Shown: positions 1 to 12,944 of the stretch, piece after piece
How positions within the stretch are numbered: the first letter of the stretch is position 1
Layout of the letters: every line of letters starts with the position of its first letter
Origin: Selaginella moellendorffii
Taxonomy: Eukaryota > Plantae > Lycopodiophyta
Assembly: GCF_000143415.4 (NCBI RefSeq)
Contig: NW_003314428.1
Location: 145,584-209,583, forward strand
DNA length: 64,000 nt
Reading direction: 5' to 3'
Notes under the pieces: generated by a model
What the model was told of the DNA's origin: nothing
The model's input: the letters and a program-made list of their open reading frames with translations, nothing else
Database searches by the model: none
Program-made: the position numbers and the translations under genes

Positions 1-1050
1 ATGCTATGGAGTGGATCTGGGATAGCCACTCATGGATGGATAGCATAGTCTTTGAGAGACGGGATTGTAATGCAGGTGGTGTTGGACCACCGATGTGACC
101 AAGGTGAATGGGCATGGCCTAGCGTAACGGGCTGGTATGTCAGTGGTACCTTGGGGTGTCGGTCATGGGATCGAACACATGGAACACTTGGGCCAAGAAC
201 AAAAGTTGAGTGGCGTGGATGCCATTCGTGGGGCTAGCAAGCCGCAAGTTCTAAATAGGACTTATGGAGGTTGTGAATGAGACTCCTCCAAGTGGTCGGA
301 GATGCGAATGGTCGATGCTCCCAGTCCAAGTGTGGGTGGCACTACCTACTTGGATATCTGGTGTGGCTCAACAGGACCTCACTCTATGCCCATGGCTAGA
401 GCACCTAAAGGTAAAAGGCGGGGAGAGTACCCATGAGGCCCGCGTAGGGCCACGGTGTTCCGAAATGTTGTCCCAAAGTCCCAGACTGTGGAAAAGAAGA
501 GGAGTAGCCCTCTGATGTGGTTACTAAGGACACAGTCACACAATGAGGAAGTCCTAGAGGGCAGTGGGACTTAGTGGTCGGGCCCGTGGGCCTTGATCCA
601 GTGGCAGTATTGGCGAACACAGTCAAGGACGAAAAGGGACTTGGTGGGGACCGGAAAGGAGATATTGAGGAGGGCTATTCCCCATGTCTGTGGGCATCCT
701 AAGGATGCTAAGGAGTGGATCTGGGATGACCACTCATGGTCGGATGGCCAGTCTTGGAGAGACGGGATTGCAATGCAGGTGGTGTTGGACCACCAATATG
801 ACCAAGGTGAATGGGCATGGCCTAGTGTAACAGGCTGGTATGTTGGTGGTACCTTGGGGTGTCGATCATGGGATCGGACACGTGGAGCACTTGTGCCAAG
901 TGCAAAGGTTGAGTGGCATGGATGTCATTCTTGGGGCGAGCAAGCCCAAGTTTTGAATTGGACTTATGGAGGTTGTGAATGAGACTCCTCCACAGTGGTC
1001 AAAGGTATGGTTAAGTGACTAAAGTAGAATGGAAAATTTAGTCACTTACA
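1..1050 (+). mobile_element. 3' part of an LTR-A (LARD family) LTR, with internal tandem duplication
   Basis: Matches the distal part of the LTR at 55165-56914 and ends ...TTAGTCACTTACA at 1050. Segment ~1-300 recurs at ~705-1000. Confidence 0.85.
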
Positions 1051-1490
1051 CTGTGGTGCTCTTGGCTCATATGAAGTGGTGCCCCACTTGAGTACCTTGC
1101 AGCTCATTGGTCCTTGCCCTTCCTAGGGGCTTGGGCCTTCCCTTTGGGATGGAAGTGGGGGGGGGGGGGGGGGGTAGAGGTACCCAGACCAGGCTGTTAG
1201 GCCACGATGGTTTGCCCCAGCATCCTGAGGCAAGTGTTGCACCCAAGGCTTGGAATTTAGAGGGTCCCATGATCAAGTTTTGTTGTACCAAGGGATGTTA
1301 GGAACATGGAGGTTTGGTGTGCTTGGCTGCTTGTACTTGTAGAGAGTGTAGTCGAACCTTAAGTCCAGTCTAACCTGGGGAGGGGGATTGGGAGAAATTA
1401 TGGAATCCGTGGATGGATGGCTAACGCTCCGTTACTCATGCAGTGAGTAGCTGAAACCAAGTAAGACCAAGTAGGAGCTTGGGACTTACA
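1051..1490 (+). mobile_element. LTR-B (chromovirus family) LTR fragment
   Basis: Near-identical to ~38230-38630 (GTGGTGCCCCACTTGAGTACC...); contains a poly-G tract and ends CTTACA. Confidence 0.75.
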
Positions 1491-2755
1491 ATTAATTAAT
1501 GATAAAGGAGTTGAAGTCAGCAAACTCCTTAAGCTCATCCAAGAGGTTGCTGGATAGCTTCACGAATGAGATAGAATTTACCATCTTGGATAATGCATCA
1601 GCCACCTTATTGTCACCTCCATTCTTGTACCGGATCTTAATAGACATTTCCTACCGGAACTCTTGCCAACGAGCAAAGCAGCCTCAAAGATCCATATCTG
1701 GAGAGACTAATGATCTGAATCTATATGGAAGTTCGATCCATACAGATAATATTGCCATTTCTTCATAGCAACAATCACAATATACAACTCATTGTTGTGA
1801 GTAGGCTGATTCCATTGTGTGGCATCAAACTTGTGGCTCATGAATGTGAGAGAATGCCTAACTTGAAGCAATACGGCCCCAAAAGCACTATCACTGACAT
1901 TATTGCTCATAATGTCCACCACAATCATCTTATCATTCATTGACCTCTTTAGAACAATCCTTGCTTTGATGTCCAGCCCTATAGCAATGAAAACAATTAC
2001 CTTCTGCCTTGTCTTTCTTTCGCTAGTCCAAACAAAGTTTCTTAGCCTCACTGCCATCTTCATTCTCTGAGCCACAATAGAACAACAGCCTTTTCTTCCT
2101 TGAATATGAAGCATTAGCAAGCTGGTCATCACGTTGACCACCCCGTAGACCATCCTGTTGACCAGAGTTGACCAAGTTGACTGATGGTTTGGGCGAAAAG
2201 ATTTGAGCCTTAGTGATAGCATCAGTCAATGTTGCACAAAAATATCTATCTTCACCTTATCCTCACAAGGATTATGAGACCAACAACTTTCCCACAATTC
2301 CAACCAAGAATCAACCTCTTGCTATCACAAACATCCGGTGATGATTTCCATTCCACAATACCATAATCCTTGGCATGTTTGACGTACCAATGGTAATCAC
2401 GAACATGAGATTGATTCAACCCTTGAGGGTCCATGCAAAGCAAGAAATCCTTAATGAGATTGACAGAATCCTTAACCTCCTTTATGGCGCTCTGAACCGC
2501 AGAAATCTGGCATCCTTGCCACACAATGACATCATCAAGAGTCTCTTCTGCTTCATCATGGCCATCATCAATAACACCATATTCCTCATCAAGATCAATA
2601 TCTTGCTCACCCGCCATCCCCAAAAGAATGTGCTGCTCCGATACCAATGAAACGAACAAGAGAGCAAACCCTAGACCAATCTCCCAACCCTTAAGGCGTT
2701 ATGGCCTTAAATCCCACAGGCTATGAAATATTCTTGGAATATTCCTATGGTTCAT
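1491..2755 (-). mobile_element. Deleted Ty3/gypsy element (family C): LTR end, tRNA-Met PBS, gag start, RNase H remnant
   Basis: Minus-strand PBS TGGTATCGGAGC (~2635-2646) next to an LTR end that matches 11310-11416. ORF begins MAGEQDIDLDEEYGV. RNase H motifs ELYIVIVAMKKWQYYLYG...DSDH and KNGGDNKVADALS. Confidence 0.75.
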
Positions 2756-2929
2756 ATTAATGGGGTACCTCCTCCTCACGTTTGGGCACCGGTATGCAAA
2801 AATCGTCCAGACACTATCTGACATCGTTTTGCATGTAGGTGTTGGATACAGGGAGTTGGTGCTTGTGGGATTGAACCAAACTCTCATTTCGTAGTGCAAT
2901 AGGCTTGGAGTTCAGCTCTAAATTCAGGT

Positions 2930-3380
2930 GTGCTACACCAGTTTAGCCAAGAAAGGCTAGTGTGACCAAGGAAGGCTATATCCAAGTGGTGGGTGATGCT
3001 ATAACCACTAAGGAGTCCAAGGCTAGAGTTAACACAAACGAATAAGTGGGGTAACTTAGTGAAGTGTTCAAGAGATGGCTCTAGCTCCCCCGAGAGATTG
3101 AATGGTCAATGCTCCCAATCCAACTATGGGTGGCACTATCTACTTGGATGCCTGGTATGGCTCATCGGAATCTTGCTCTAGCCTCATGGCTAGGGCACCC
3201 AAAGGCAGAAGGTGGGGAAAGTACCCACGAGGCTCAGGTAGGGCCATGGTGTTTCGAAATGTTGTCTCAACGTCCCAAACTATAGAAAGGAAGAGGAGCA
3301 GTTTTCTTGTGTAGTGACTAATGATGCAGTCATATGGCAAGGAAGTCCCAAAAGTCAATGGGATGTAGTGGTTGCTCAAA
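2930..3380 (+). mobile_element. Degenerate LTR-A fragment
   Basis: Colinear with ~56010-56440. Confidence 0.75.
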
Positions 3381-4123
3381 AATGCATTATGATTGTAAAT
3401 ATAAGTGATAAAGATGCTTGAAGTTATTTCTTGGAAGGGTTAAGCTTACTATCTCATAATGAGATTTTGAAGTTCAAGCCAAAGATGTATCTAGAGTGTA
3501 AAGAGGTAGTAGAACAAGTTGACTTCAGTCATTTGCTCATACCCATATGCTGGTATCTTAGACAATAATAGAAACTCTTTGAATAAACAAAGTGATTGGA
3601 AATAGAGGATGGAAGGAAGGTAGTTGCTGGTGGTAGCCAAAAACCATCTTTGTAAATTGTTCCTTTTGAGCCTCCAGGGTGGATTGGTCTTAAGCCAAAT
3701 CAAAAGATGTCGTGGGACACAGTCAAAAGCTTTGGTTACATAACCCAGGAGTAACACTCAGTTTGCATGAAAAATAGCAGTTCATATGGTTCACTTTTGA
3801 TTCCACCTTGGGAATTAGGGATTTGTGTTTTACACTTACCTTGAGACATGTTGGTTATGGTGGTCTTGCAAGTACTATGCTGTGAAATAGATAGTGGTGA
3901 AGCACTAAACCATTTTATTTATATTTGCTATCAAAAGGTTTGGGTTACAATGCTCAATTTTTTTCTGGAGAACCTTGCTATTGCTTCTTGAGTAATGTGG
4001 TGTTGGATTAATTTTAAGTTTAGTTAGAAAGAGAGTGATTTGAGCTTCACTATGTTATAAAAAAAGTTGGTGGTGTTGGATATTGTAAATCTCTATTAGT
4101 GAGGTGTAACATTTCTGTTGCAT

Positions 4124-4385
4124 TTTCCTACTAAGAGTATGCACTTGATACTAGTGTAAACCCTTTTAGTGGGCTTGCTCATGGTGTGATGAATCATATC
4201 CTTATGATTGAGAGTAATATATTTATAAAGTTTCTTGGTTAAATAATGATTTCCTACTTAGAGTAGGCACTTGATACTAGTGTAAACCTTTTTAGTGGGC
4301 TTGCTCATGGTGTGGATCAATTGATGAATCATATCCTTATAATTGAGAGTAATGTATTTATAAAGTTTCTTGGTTAAATAATGAT
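4124..4385. repeat. Tandem duplication, ~126-135 bp x2
   Basis: TTTCCTACT...GCACTTGATACTAGTGTAAACC...AATAATGAT occurs twice in a row. Confidence 0.9.
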
Positions 4386-5023
4386 CAGCCCTAAAGTGGT
4401 TAATGGTGATGCTAGTCTACTTATTATTAATAGCTTTGTAGTAGTTTTGACTGGGTTCTTGAAAGTGATCCATTATACTAAGCTAGTGTCAGTATCTTAA
4501 TTCCTTGAAAGTTTGAGGTTTTAGAAAGGTTGTAGCATTCATTTGCTATAGCTTGTTGGTGAATTCGTTAGCACTTGGAATAAATTGTGTGTAGTTGAGG
4601 CATTAATAGTGCTAGCACTTATGTTAGTGAAAGTAGCATTGTTATATCGAGTGATAAACAATTTTCTTTAGAGTTTATTTTTTCATGTAATTTTTCTTGT
4701 TAATGTTTTGGCATTATACTAGATCTTGAAGGTGATTGAAGAAGAGTGTAAGGGCAATATGGATATTCAAAAAATGTCTTCATAATAAAATTTTGGGTAT
4801 TCATTAATATTTGTAGAAATTGTTATCAGATGTCAGATATATGGGTATGATGTTAGACATTTATGCATTCTATTTAGTCATGAGAAGTTGTGTTGAGGTG
4901 AGGTGAATGTATATAAGGTTGTAGGTAGGAGGAAATTGATTGAGTCTTGAGAATTTGCATTCGTGGATACCTAAAAACCATTTTGTTTTCATTAGTCATT
5001 GCAAACTAATGAAGGAGTTGGAG

Positions 5024-5157
5024 TTGACTTCAATTAACTTCAATCTTAGTAAGTAGTTTATATAATATTGACTTCAATTAACTTCAATCTTAGTAAGTAG
5101 TTTATATAATATTGACTTCAATTAACTTCAATCTTAGTAAGTAGTTTATATAATATA
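5024..5157. repeat. 44-bp minisatellite x3
   Basis: TTGACTTCAATTAACTTCAATCTTAGTAAGTAGTTTATATAATA repeated perfectly three times. Confidence 0.95.
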
Positions 5158-7385
5158 GCCTAAAAGGGATGCTAAAATTTTGGGCTAATGCAATTGAGTT
5201 GGATAGAGTCTAGAGTTAGAGTACAAAAGTGGCCATTGTGCTTTTTTAGAAAAGACCTTGTGCCTATAATTTTTTTTCAATTTGCCTTGGGTTAGACTAT
5301 ATAAGAGTAATAAAATCTCATTGATCTTCACTTGGTCTTGATGGCTTTACACCTTGGCTGAGGATAGTGATGTCCAACTTTGTTACTTGTAGTTTAGGTG
5401 TTAGTACCTGTATTATAGCTTTACCCATTAGGAGGTTGTATATAAGTCCATTTCATGATCTTCACTTTAGTTTCAATTGAGTGTTAGTTATTCGCAGCTA
5501 GCCTTTATAGTCATACTTAGAGCTATTAACTAAACCTATTAGTAAGCTTATTGCAGTTTGGATTTGAATAGTCATTTAGTTCAGACTTGTTTATATTCCT
5601 ATACATTATACTTAGAGTGTTACCTTTTTGTTAAACAAGTATATAACTCAATGATATAAGTTTTTGTTTGGGTCTTATAAAGGCAAATTGAAGAGTGATT
5701 GTTAGTTGCTTTGTGACTAGTGATTGCTTATAGATTTCATCAAGGATTGTTAACCTTGCTTTGCTGGATGATAATTTAGTAGTGATAAGCTTGCTTATTA
5801 GATAGTATTGTGGAGGTCATGTTGTTGGACTAGCATATTTTTTCCATGTTGGCATATTAATTCCACCTTTGTTAATATTGTTTAGTTGTGTTAGGGTGTA
5901 GTGTTAGATTGTACTAAGGTTAAAAGGTAGTGATTCACTCATTGATATGTTATCTATAATTGGATATTGATGAAGGATTGACCTCGAATACTAAGTAGAT
6001 ATCTTTGACCTTGGTTAGCTTAGTTGCTAAAAAGTTTTAAGTGGTGATTTACTCTTGCTTTCTTTTAGTTTTGTTCTAAAATTGGTGGCAATGAAGTGAT
6101 GCTTTGACATTAACATTGTTGAAGTTGAGATTGGAGTGAGATGCAATATTCTCCATAAGCATATTGAGGAAGTTTGATATTTCCATTTATGGTGATTCAG
6201 ATGGTTGGTGATTGGTTAAACTTCATTGCCTTATTAGAGATTAATATTTTGTTTCATTAGTCTTGATAAAGATGACATGTTCCTTAGATCATGGCGATCA
6301 GCTTGCTCCAACAGGAACTACAAGAAATTCTCACAGCGATCTCCTTGACTTGCACTCTTGATCAGCTTGCAAATGTGACATACATGGAGTTTACAGTTGT
6401 TGCTACTCCAGATTCCTTGTTCTTCAGTACCTTCACTGCTTCTTAATCTGGAGATTAGGGTACCACTTTGTGGCTCAGTTCTTGAGGAAGTAAGGACCTG
6501 CTTGTCAAAATGAAGCAAGCAGTTCTCAGTAGCAAGTGATAAAATCTGTTTCTGGCTCTCACATCCAGAAGATTGGTGGTACTCGTCATAGCGGTAGTTG
6601 TCGTTGTTAAAGTTGAAGATACATAGCTCGCCTCTGTGTCTCTTTCCGTTTCTGCTGGATTCTCCAAGAAAGTTCACTCTACCATTATGGAAACTGTTTG
6701 TCAGGCCTCCAATCCGGTAAGAGGCAAGGCTGAAGCTCTATAACACAGGGAAAAGAGGTTTAGTGAATCGCATAGCACAAGGTATATAAGATCGAATGTG
6801 CTTGGACTCGTACTGTTCATCTTTTTTACTGTAGTTATTATCATTTTCTTTTCCTGATTTTGTTCCTCGGGGCCTTCTTTCAATCCTTACTGTACAAGGT
6901 TTTTTTCTCTCTGCCATGGAAACCTTAGAGAGTCTCTTAGGGTCGACATGAATCAATGACAAGGTATCGCTAAGAAGTACTTTTTAACCTTCAACTCCTG
7001 AGGTGTACCATTAGGAAATGACGGCGAGTGGTTAACGAGAATTCAAATATGTTTCCCAGAAATTAGGTGTGAACGATCTAATACTAACGCGTGAATCTAA
7101 GCAGTAATGAAGAGCCAAGTCGTAATCGTTAATATACAGAAGAAAGAAAGAATCAACAAACCTGTAGATGTATGAGTGCAAAGGTCACAAGAAAAGTATC
7201 AGTAGATCCTCAAGTTAAATTTATGCGTATTAGGATTGTCGCATAGTTTTGCAGAAAATCGTCCATAGGAACTGCATGGAAATAAAAATTAGGCAGCTAG
7301 CACGCTCCTTTTTCTTTTTCTTTTTGTTTAGAAAAGCTCGCTTGCCATAGGTAGAATGTCCTGCATGCAAAAGTCCCTATTTAAA

Positions 7386-9329
7386 TTAATCTCTAAAAGA
7401 GAGAGACCTTAATGTATGTTTGAGTGCCAGAAGATGTGGGCCTGATCCAAAAGCTTGTGCTCGGTACAGTTGAATCGTCAAGCTGCATTGAGCCGAGAGG
7501 CAAAGAAAGTATGTCCTCAACAGATATAACATGCACTGATCCTTTCTCTGAGAAAAAGCCCTGAGAACTGAAGTATCAAAAGATGGCTTACTTGTTTCTT
7601 TTGCCTCCGTCCACATACTAAATGAAGCTTCAAGATCTTGCTTATCAGCATGGTCAAGGCTCTCAAAGTTTCGACTTGCAACACGCAATGATATTGCAGT
7701 TCGGATCAAATGCCTGCACAAAAATCAACTCACATAAATTTAAAAGGTCTTGTGCTCGTACTTGAGAAATCTTTTTCTTTGTTGAAAGTTTAGCTTGTCC
7801 AAAGAGGTTGGTAGGTGAGGCCAAGCATCGATTTCTTCGACTGTATCTTCGGCACTGTTACAACCTGACAGGGATAAGTAATAGGTTTTTCAAACTTATA
7901 CCCAGCACATTCATCTGTCCGTGCTTTGAGTAGCCTTTCGACTTCTAAGTCTTGAATGCAACCATACAAAAACTTCATTGCAGCTTCTGCTGGACCTGTG
8001 CATTCAGCTGCTGCAGATTTTTCTTCAATTACTTCTTTTATTTTCTCTAATTGCTGAAACAGACAGTACAAAGTTGAGTTTTGAGCTTTTAGCATAAAGT
8101 TTCTATTTACCTTTTTTTCTCCCCGAACATCTTCCTTCAATGCTTCATTACGCCCTAATAGTTGTTCCAAGTCTTCTTCCTCCATTTTTCTTTCCATTTT
8201 ATTTGCGAGATATTTCTCTGTTCACACATACTAAAACGTTTGTGATAGTGTTAAACGAGAAATCACCAAACCTCTAAGTTTAAAGACAAGCATCCTCATG
8301 GTCTTTTGATATGTTCCATTTCTTCTTATTAGATCATCTTCAAGCTACGTAAAGTATGCTGAGGTTGAATAAAGCGAAACATAAAAGCCCACTTCTTTTG
8401 CAAGGAGAATATGACGATGCATTCTAATGTTTTCTTCTACAAATTTCTCGTTCTTGTGCAGCAGTCCTTCCGTCTGTTTGATATGCACCACAAGCTCCCT
8501 AGACAGGTGCTCGTTTTCTATTATAGTTTTTTTCGTTTTCTGCATTTATAGCACGTCAATTCGCTTAATGTATCCATACAAGGAAACATACTGCATGGAG
8601 TTGCTCATGCGCTTGTTTTATCATGAGCTTCCTAGTATCCTCTATCCGAACAGCCATTTCCTTTTTAAGTCTTTCTCTTTCCTGAAGTGTTGCTCTTTCT
8701 ACGTCACTTATAGATTCCTGGTGCTCCTTCTTCTCTCTCTCAAGCTGCTCTTTTAAGCTAGTTTAAAGAGAATGATTGCAGAAACTTCCACTGTAAAAAC
8801 AATCGATTACCTCTTTGTTTCTTGTTCCAAAGCTTGCTTGGTCATCGTAAACTCGTTCAGATCTCGCAACTGGACTTGAGCATTGTCAAGCTGTAGCCGA
8901 AGATCTTCCAAAATAAACTTGCATCCATGCCTCATGTCTTGAATCTCTTTTGCTAAAGCCTCTGCGGATTCTGTTTTCTCTGCTTTAAGAGTTGTCAGCT
9001 CTTTTTCCAGACGTCCTGCTTTTTCTCCCTTTATCTTCACCTCTCTGCCAAATGAATGAAGAGACGGAAGTTTTTGTAAAATCCACTTACCCTGTCAAAT
9101 ATATAATAATATCATTGAATTTTTCTCCACGCTCCACGGCTTCAGAACGAATCTGGAGAATACTTCCAGCTAGCTTCTGTGATTCTTCTTCAAGCGCTTT
9201 CAGTTTTTCAAGCAGCTGCAAGATCTCGGCCTCCCTCTCACCGACTTTACGTTTTAAAATAGTTACTTCATCCTCGACAGGACCTTCATCTTTTTTCTTC
9301 CCTCCTTTTCCACCTTTCTTTGGTGCCAT
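7386..9329 (-). CDS. CFAP157: Cilia- and flagella-associated protein 157-like coiled-coil protein (multi-exon; 3' end approximate)
   Basis: ATG at 9329 (MAPKKGGKGGKKK). GT-AG introns include 9045-9090 and 8758-8810. The spliced product carries recalled CFAP157-like blocks in order: DIIIYL, LNEFTMTKQ, LKKEMAVRI, KTKKTIIENEHL, RRNGTYQKTMRML, LPTSLDKLNFQQRKRFL. Confidence 0.75.
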
Positions 9330-11299
9330 ATTGAGACACCTAACAACCCTAAATCCACATTCATTAGGCAATTGTTCATGTTTTAAATGCCCAACTAAGA
9401 AGCATGGGATGGATATATAGGAAACTATTTGGCATTCCTCAAATCGCTGGTTTCCAGCTTGAAATATCTAATCTTGTTAAGTCTTGTAGCATCAGAAATA
9501 TTTTCCTGGGCACACATTCTTGAGAATGGCAGGGATTATTCCTGTGCTGATTTCCCGGCATGTGAACTCTTCATAAAGCGTGAAATTTGCCATATCATAA
9601 ATTCGGAGAAACATTTCAAACACTCGTCGAATCAAGTAAAGCCATATCTTTGCTCAACAATTAAATAAATCTGTTTGTGTTTGGTTACATTGAGCATCAT
9701 CTCAGAAACATTTTGTTTCTTCAGTGATGAACGTGAAAGGCAACCGAAGAACATAGCTCCGTGGATTGAACTGCTGCAGCACTGCAAGCAACACTAGGCT
9801 TCCACAGCATCATGGTGCATCATCACCCAGAAGTAGCCCTGTCGAAGCATCAGCTGAGCCCAGACATAGCTCAGGTGCTAAAGCTTGAAGAACCTCAAGA
9901 ACCTCCTGCTCCAGGCACTGGAGAACGCCATTGGAAGTACGCCAGTATAAGGATCTGGTGAGTAGATGATAGGCTCCGTACCTTAGCTGGGCCGTCCAAA
10001 AGGACAGCCACGTATGCTGAGGCAGAGCCCTCACCCAAGCGACCATGAAGTTGGAGGGTACATGGCATAGCCTGCATGTTGACTGCTGCCACCAGGGATT
10101 GAGAACATGCTTCTGCTTGATTGTGAAATCTGGATGTGATCCAGGAAAGAAGAAGAGCTTTCACACGAAAAATGATATGGCTCCCAAGCAGGATGTGTCA
10201 GAAGTGTCGAAGTGTGTATACCCCTGCGACTACTTTCTTTTCCAGGGTCACATACTTCTGCTCTGAATCTGTGAAAGAGTGTGAAGTGAAGTAGGTAGCA
10301 TGTACGAAGATTTATTGGCAAAATCACACTTGGGCTTGGCATTCAATTTAAAGAGCATTCAAGATAATTCAAATAATGCATTAATGCATTACAAGAAAGC
10401 CATAGTCTCCTTCCTCAAAAGCCATGGATTGGAACAAGGTGATGTAAGCAAAAAGAAATATATGCAACTCAACAAGTTGTAATTGTGACTTTGTGTATTG
10501 AAAGATACTTGTCAGCTAGTCTTTTTAGATATTTTTTCTTACTGTCATGACAGCAGGAGGTGGATACTGTTAATTCCCTTTGTTAGTCTCCACCAAAGCT
10601 AGTAACTAGTAACTAGTAATCACATGTGCACTTGACCAGAAAAGTATAATGACAGAATTTCTAGATATTATTAGTCAAGTATACTTACCTGGTTAGAAAA
10701 ACTCATTCCTTGGCTTGTATTTGCTAGTGCTAAGAACCCCAACAATATTGTGTCTAATCCCTCAATATTGCTAAATGATAAATTGCCATGTCCACTAGAA
10801 CCCTCACTATCATGCCTCTTATGTTGACTATCTCTTGGGATTGGGGGTGATAGCCCAAGCTTTCATGTTACCCTCCAACCTTGCAAAGATTTTTGCCACC
10901 ATTAAAAAATATTGCATTGTGTAATATATGCATTCAATAATGGTCATCTAAGTCTGCCACTTTTCCTGCAATAATATTTATGATATCAACAACAAAATGT
11001 AGAATATGATCCAAGGACTATATAAGGAGGAGCCCCTCAAGATATAAAGCTTTGAAACATAGAGTGTTGTCAATTGGCATTGCGTGGAATTAACTGGGGG
11101 GGCGGGGGTTGATATGGGTGGTTTCAAATATATAGTAAAGATAGTGGTTGGAAGTATAGTGGACAACTAAAACATTAGTTTGGCACTATGTTGCTCTTTG
11201 TTTTTTGGGTCCCTGAACATCATAAGCTGAAGTTTGTGGTGGCTGCTTTACACACGAAGGGGTCAAAGAAGCAGAAGTTCTTTGTGAAGAATTATAGGC

Positions 11300-11540
11300 A
11301 AGGTTGACATAAACTATAGGAATATTCTAAGAATATACCATGGCCTGTGGGATTTAAGGCTGTAATGCCTTAAAGGTTGGGAGGTTGGCCTAGGGTTCAG
11401 TCTCTTATTCGTTTCATTGGTATCAGAGTACGACGTTCTTTAGGATGGTGGATGGTGAGATGTTGATTTTGGTGAGGAGTATGGTGTTAGTGATGATGGT
11501 CATCACGATGAGGAAGAAATTCTTGATGATGTCGTTGTCA
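11300..11540 (+). mobile_element. Family C LTR 3' end + tRNA-Met PBS + gag start (truncated)
   Basis: ...CGTTTCA TTGGTATCAGAG; reverse-complement match to ~2520-2755. Confidence 0.75.
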
Positions 11541-12428
11541 CTTCAAGGTTTACACGGACAATGTGGCAACGAAACACTTCTTGTCACAGCCCGACCTGAG
11601 AGGGAAACAAGGTCGGTTGGCCAATGCTTTGGCCAAGTTTGATTACGAGATTCTGTACAAGCCAGGGAAGAGCAACATCATGGCAGATGTGCTAAGTTGA
11701 AAAGCGAGCTTGAAGTTGGCGATATCCAGCGTGACAGCAACCTTTTGGGACGATGTGCAGACAGCATATGAGAACGATGGTCTAGCACAAGAAGTGTTGC
11801 TGAGGAATTTGGAGGCACGGAAAGCTCACTAGAGAGGTGAGCTGCCAACGGAAGAGAAAACGGGCTATGCGGAATGCAATGGACTCATCTATTACAAGCA
11901 AATGAGGATGTATGTTCCAGAAGGGGAACTAAGGAAGGTTGTCATGACGGACCTCTTGCGGGACACGGTACAGTGCCCAAGACGATGGGCTTACTCAAGA
12001 GGAAATACCACTGGCCAAATATGGCTAAGGATGTCCAAGACTATATAAAGACATGCCCAACATGTCAGTAGGTCAAAGCCGTGACTAAGGCTAGAGGGGG
12101 CTTGTTACAAAGCATCCAATTCCCGATCGTCCGTGGAAATGTCTTATGATGGACTTCATCACGGGACCCCCCCCAAGTGAGGGGTTCGATGCGATATTCG
12201 TGGTGGTGGACCAATTTTCGAAGATGGCACATTTCATACCCACCACAACGAAAGTGGATGCGGAAGGTGTGGTGAAGCTGTTTTTCAAACAAGTGGTTCG
12301 AGTGCGGGGAAGGCCAGAAGAGATTATCTCAGATCGAGATAAGATCTTCACCAGTAGGTTCTGGTGAACTCTCCTGGACCAGTATCGCACCAAGTTGAAA
12401 TTCAGCATAGCCTATCACCCACAGACAA

Positions 12429-12475
12429 GTATGGGGTATTAAGTCAAGTTTGATGGCACTAACACTTCTTGACAG
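12429..12475 (+). other. Putative spliceosomal intron 1 in retrotransposon integrase (47 nt)
   Basis: GTATGG...CACTAAC...TTCTTGACAG. Removal restores YHPQT(N)GQMERVNR (consensus HPQTDGQTERVNR). Confidence 0.8.
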
Positions 12476-12893
12476 ATGGACAAATGGAAAGGGTGAATAG
12501 GTAACTGGAGGATTATTTGTGATGCTATGTCTTGGGAGACCAGACCGATTAGGTAAGTCATTTGGGACTTGCGAAAATGTGTTATAACAACTCACCACAT
12601 TCGAGTATTAGGGTGAGTCCATGAGAAGTCATTAATGGGCGAGCTATTGAAGGTCCTGTGGAACTCGGCGTGGCCGAGTATCATGGAGAGTTACCCGCAG
12701 TGGAGGCATTCACGGCAGAAAGACTCAACATTTGGAATCTAGTGAGGGATTCCTTGGAACGGGCTCAACAAAGGCAAACCAAGTACGCGAACCAGAAGTG
12801 CCGGGATGTAGAGTTCCAAGCTGGGGAAAAGGTGTGGCTGAACACCAAGAACCTCAGGCTACCAAGAGGGATCAGCCGGAAGTTGACCCAAAG

Positions 12894-12944
12894 GTAAGAT
12901 GCATGTATTCCTATAAATGAATTGATCTTGAGTTCCTTAAGCAG
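12894..12944 (+). other. Putative spliceosomal intron 2 in retrotransposon integrase (51 nt)
   Basis: AG|GTAAGA...TTCCTTAAGCAG|GT. Removal restores KLTQRFAGPY (GPY/F module); the unspliced form has an in-frame TAA. Confidence 0.85.

Larger units (their letters stand above)
3380..6300. repeat. Highly decayed, C-poor dispersed repeat of unknown class
   Basis: ~5600-5960 is homologous to ~63420-63780. No long ORF; marked C depletion on the + strand. Confidence 0.55.

Noticed and set aside
3491-3757. LINE RT motif KAFDCVPR on the minus strand
   Set aside because: Isolated match; flanking LINE RT motifs are absent or in the wrong order.
5024-5157. CRISPR-like array
   Set aside because: Head-to-tail repeats without spacers, in eukaryotic DNA, with no cas genes.
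6318-6962. Short minus-strand ORFs as a host gene
   Set aside because: No recognisable domain, and I could not build a consistent exon chain.
9700-10482. Gene fragments upstream of CFAP157 (helical/TPR-like ORF 10300-10482)
   Set aside because: Too short and ambiguous to assign without a search.
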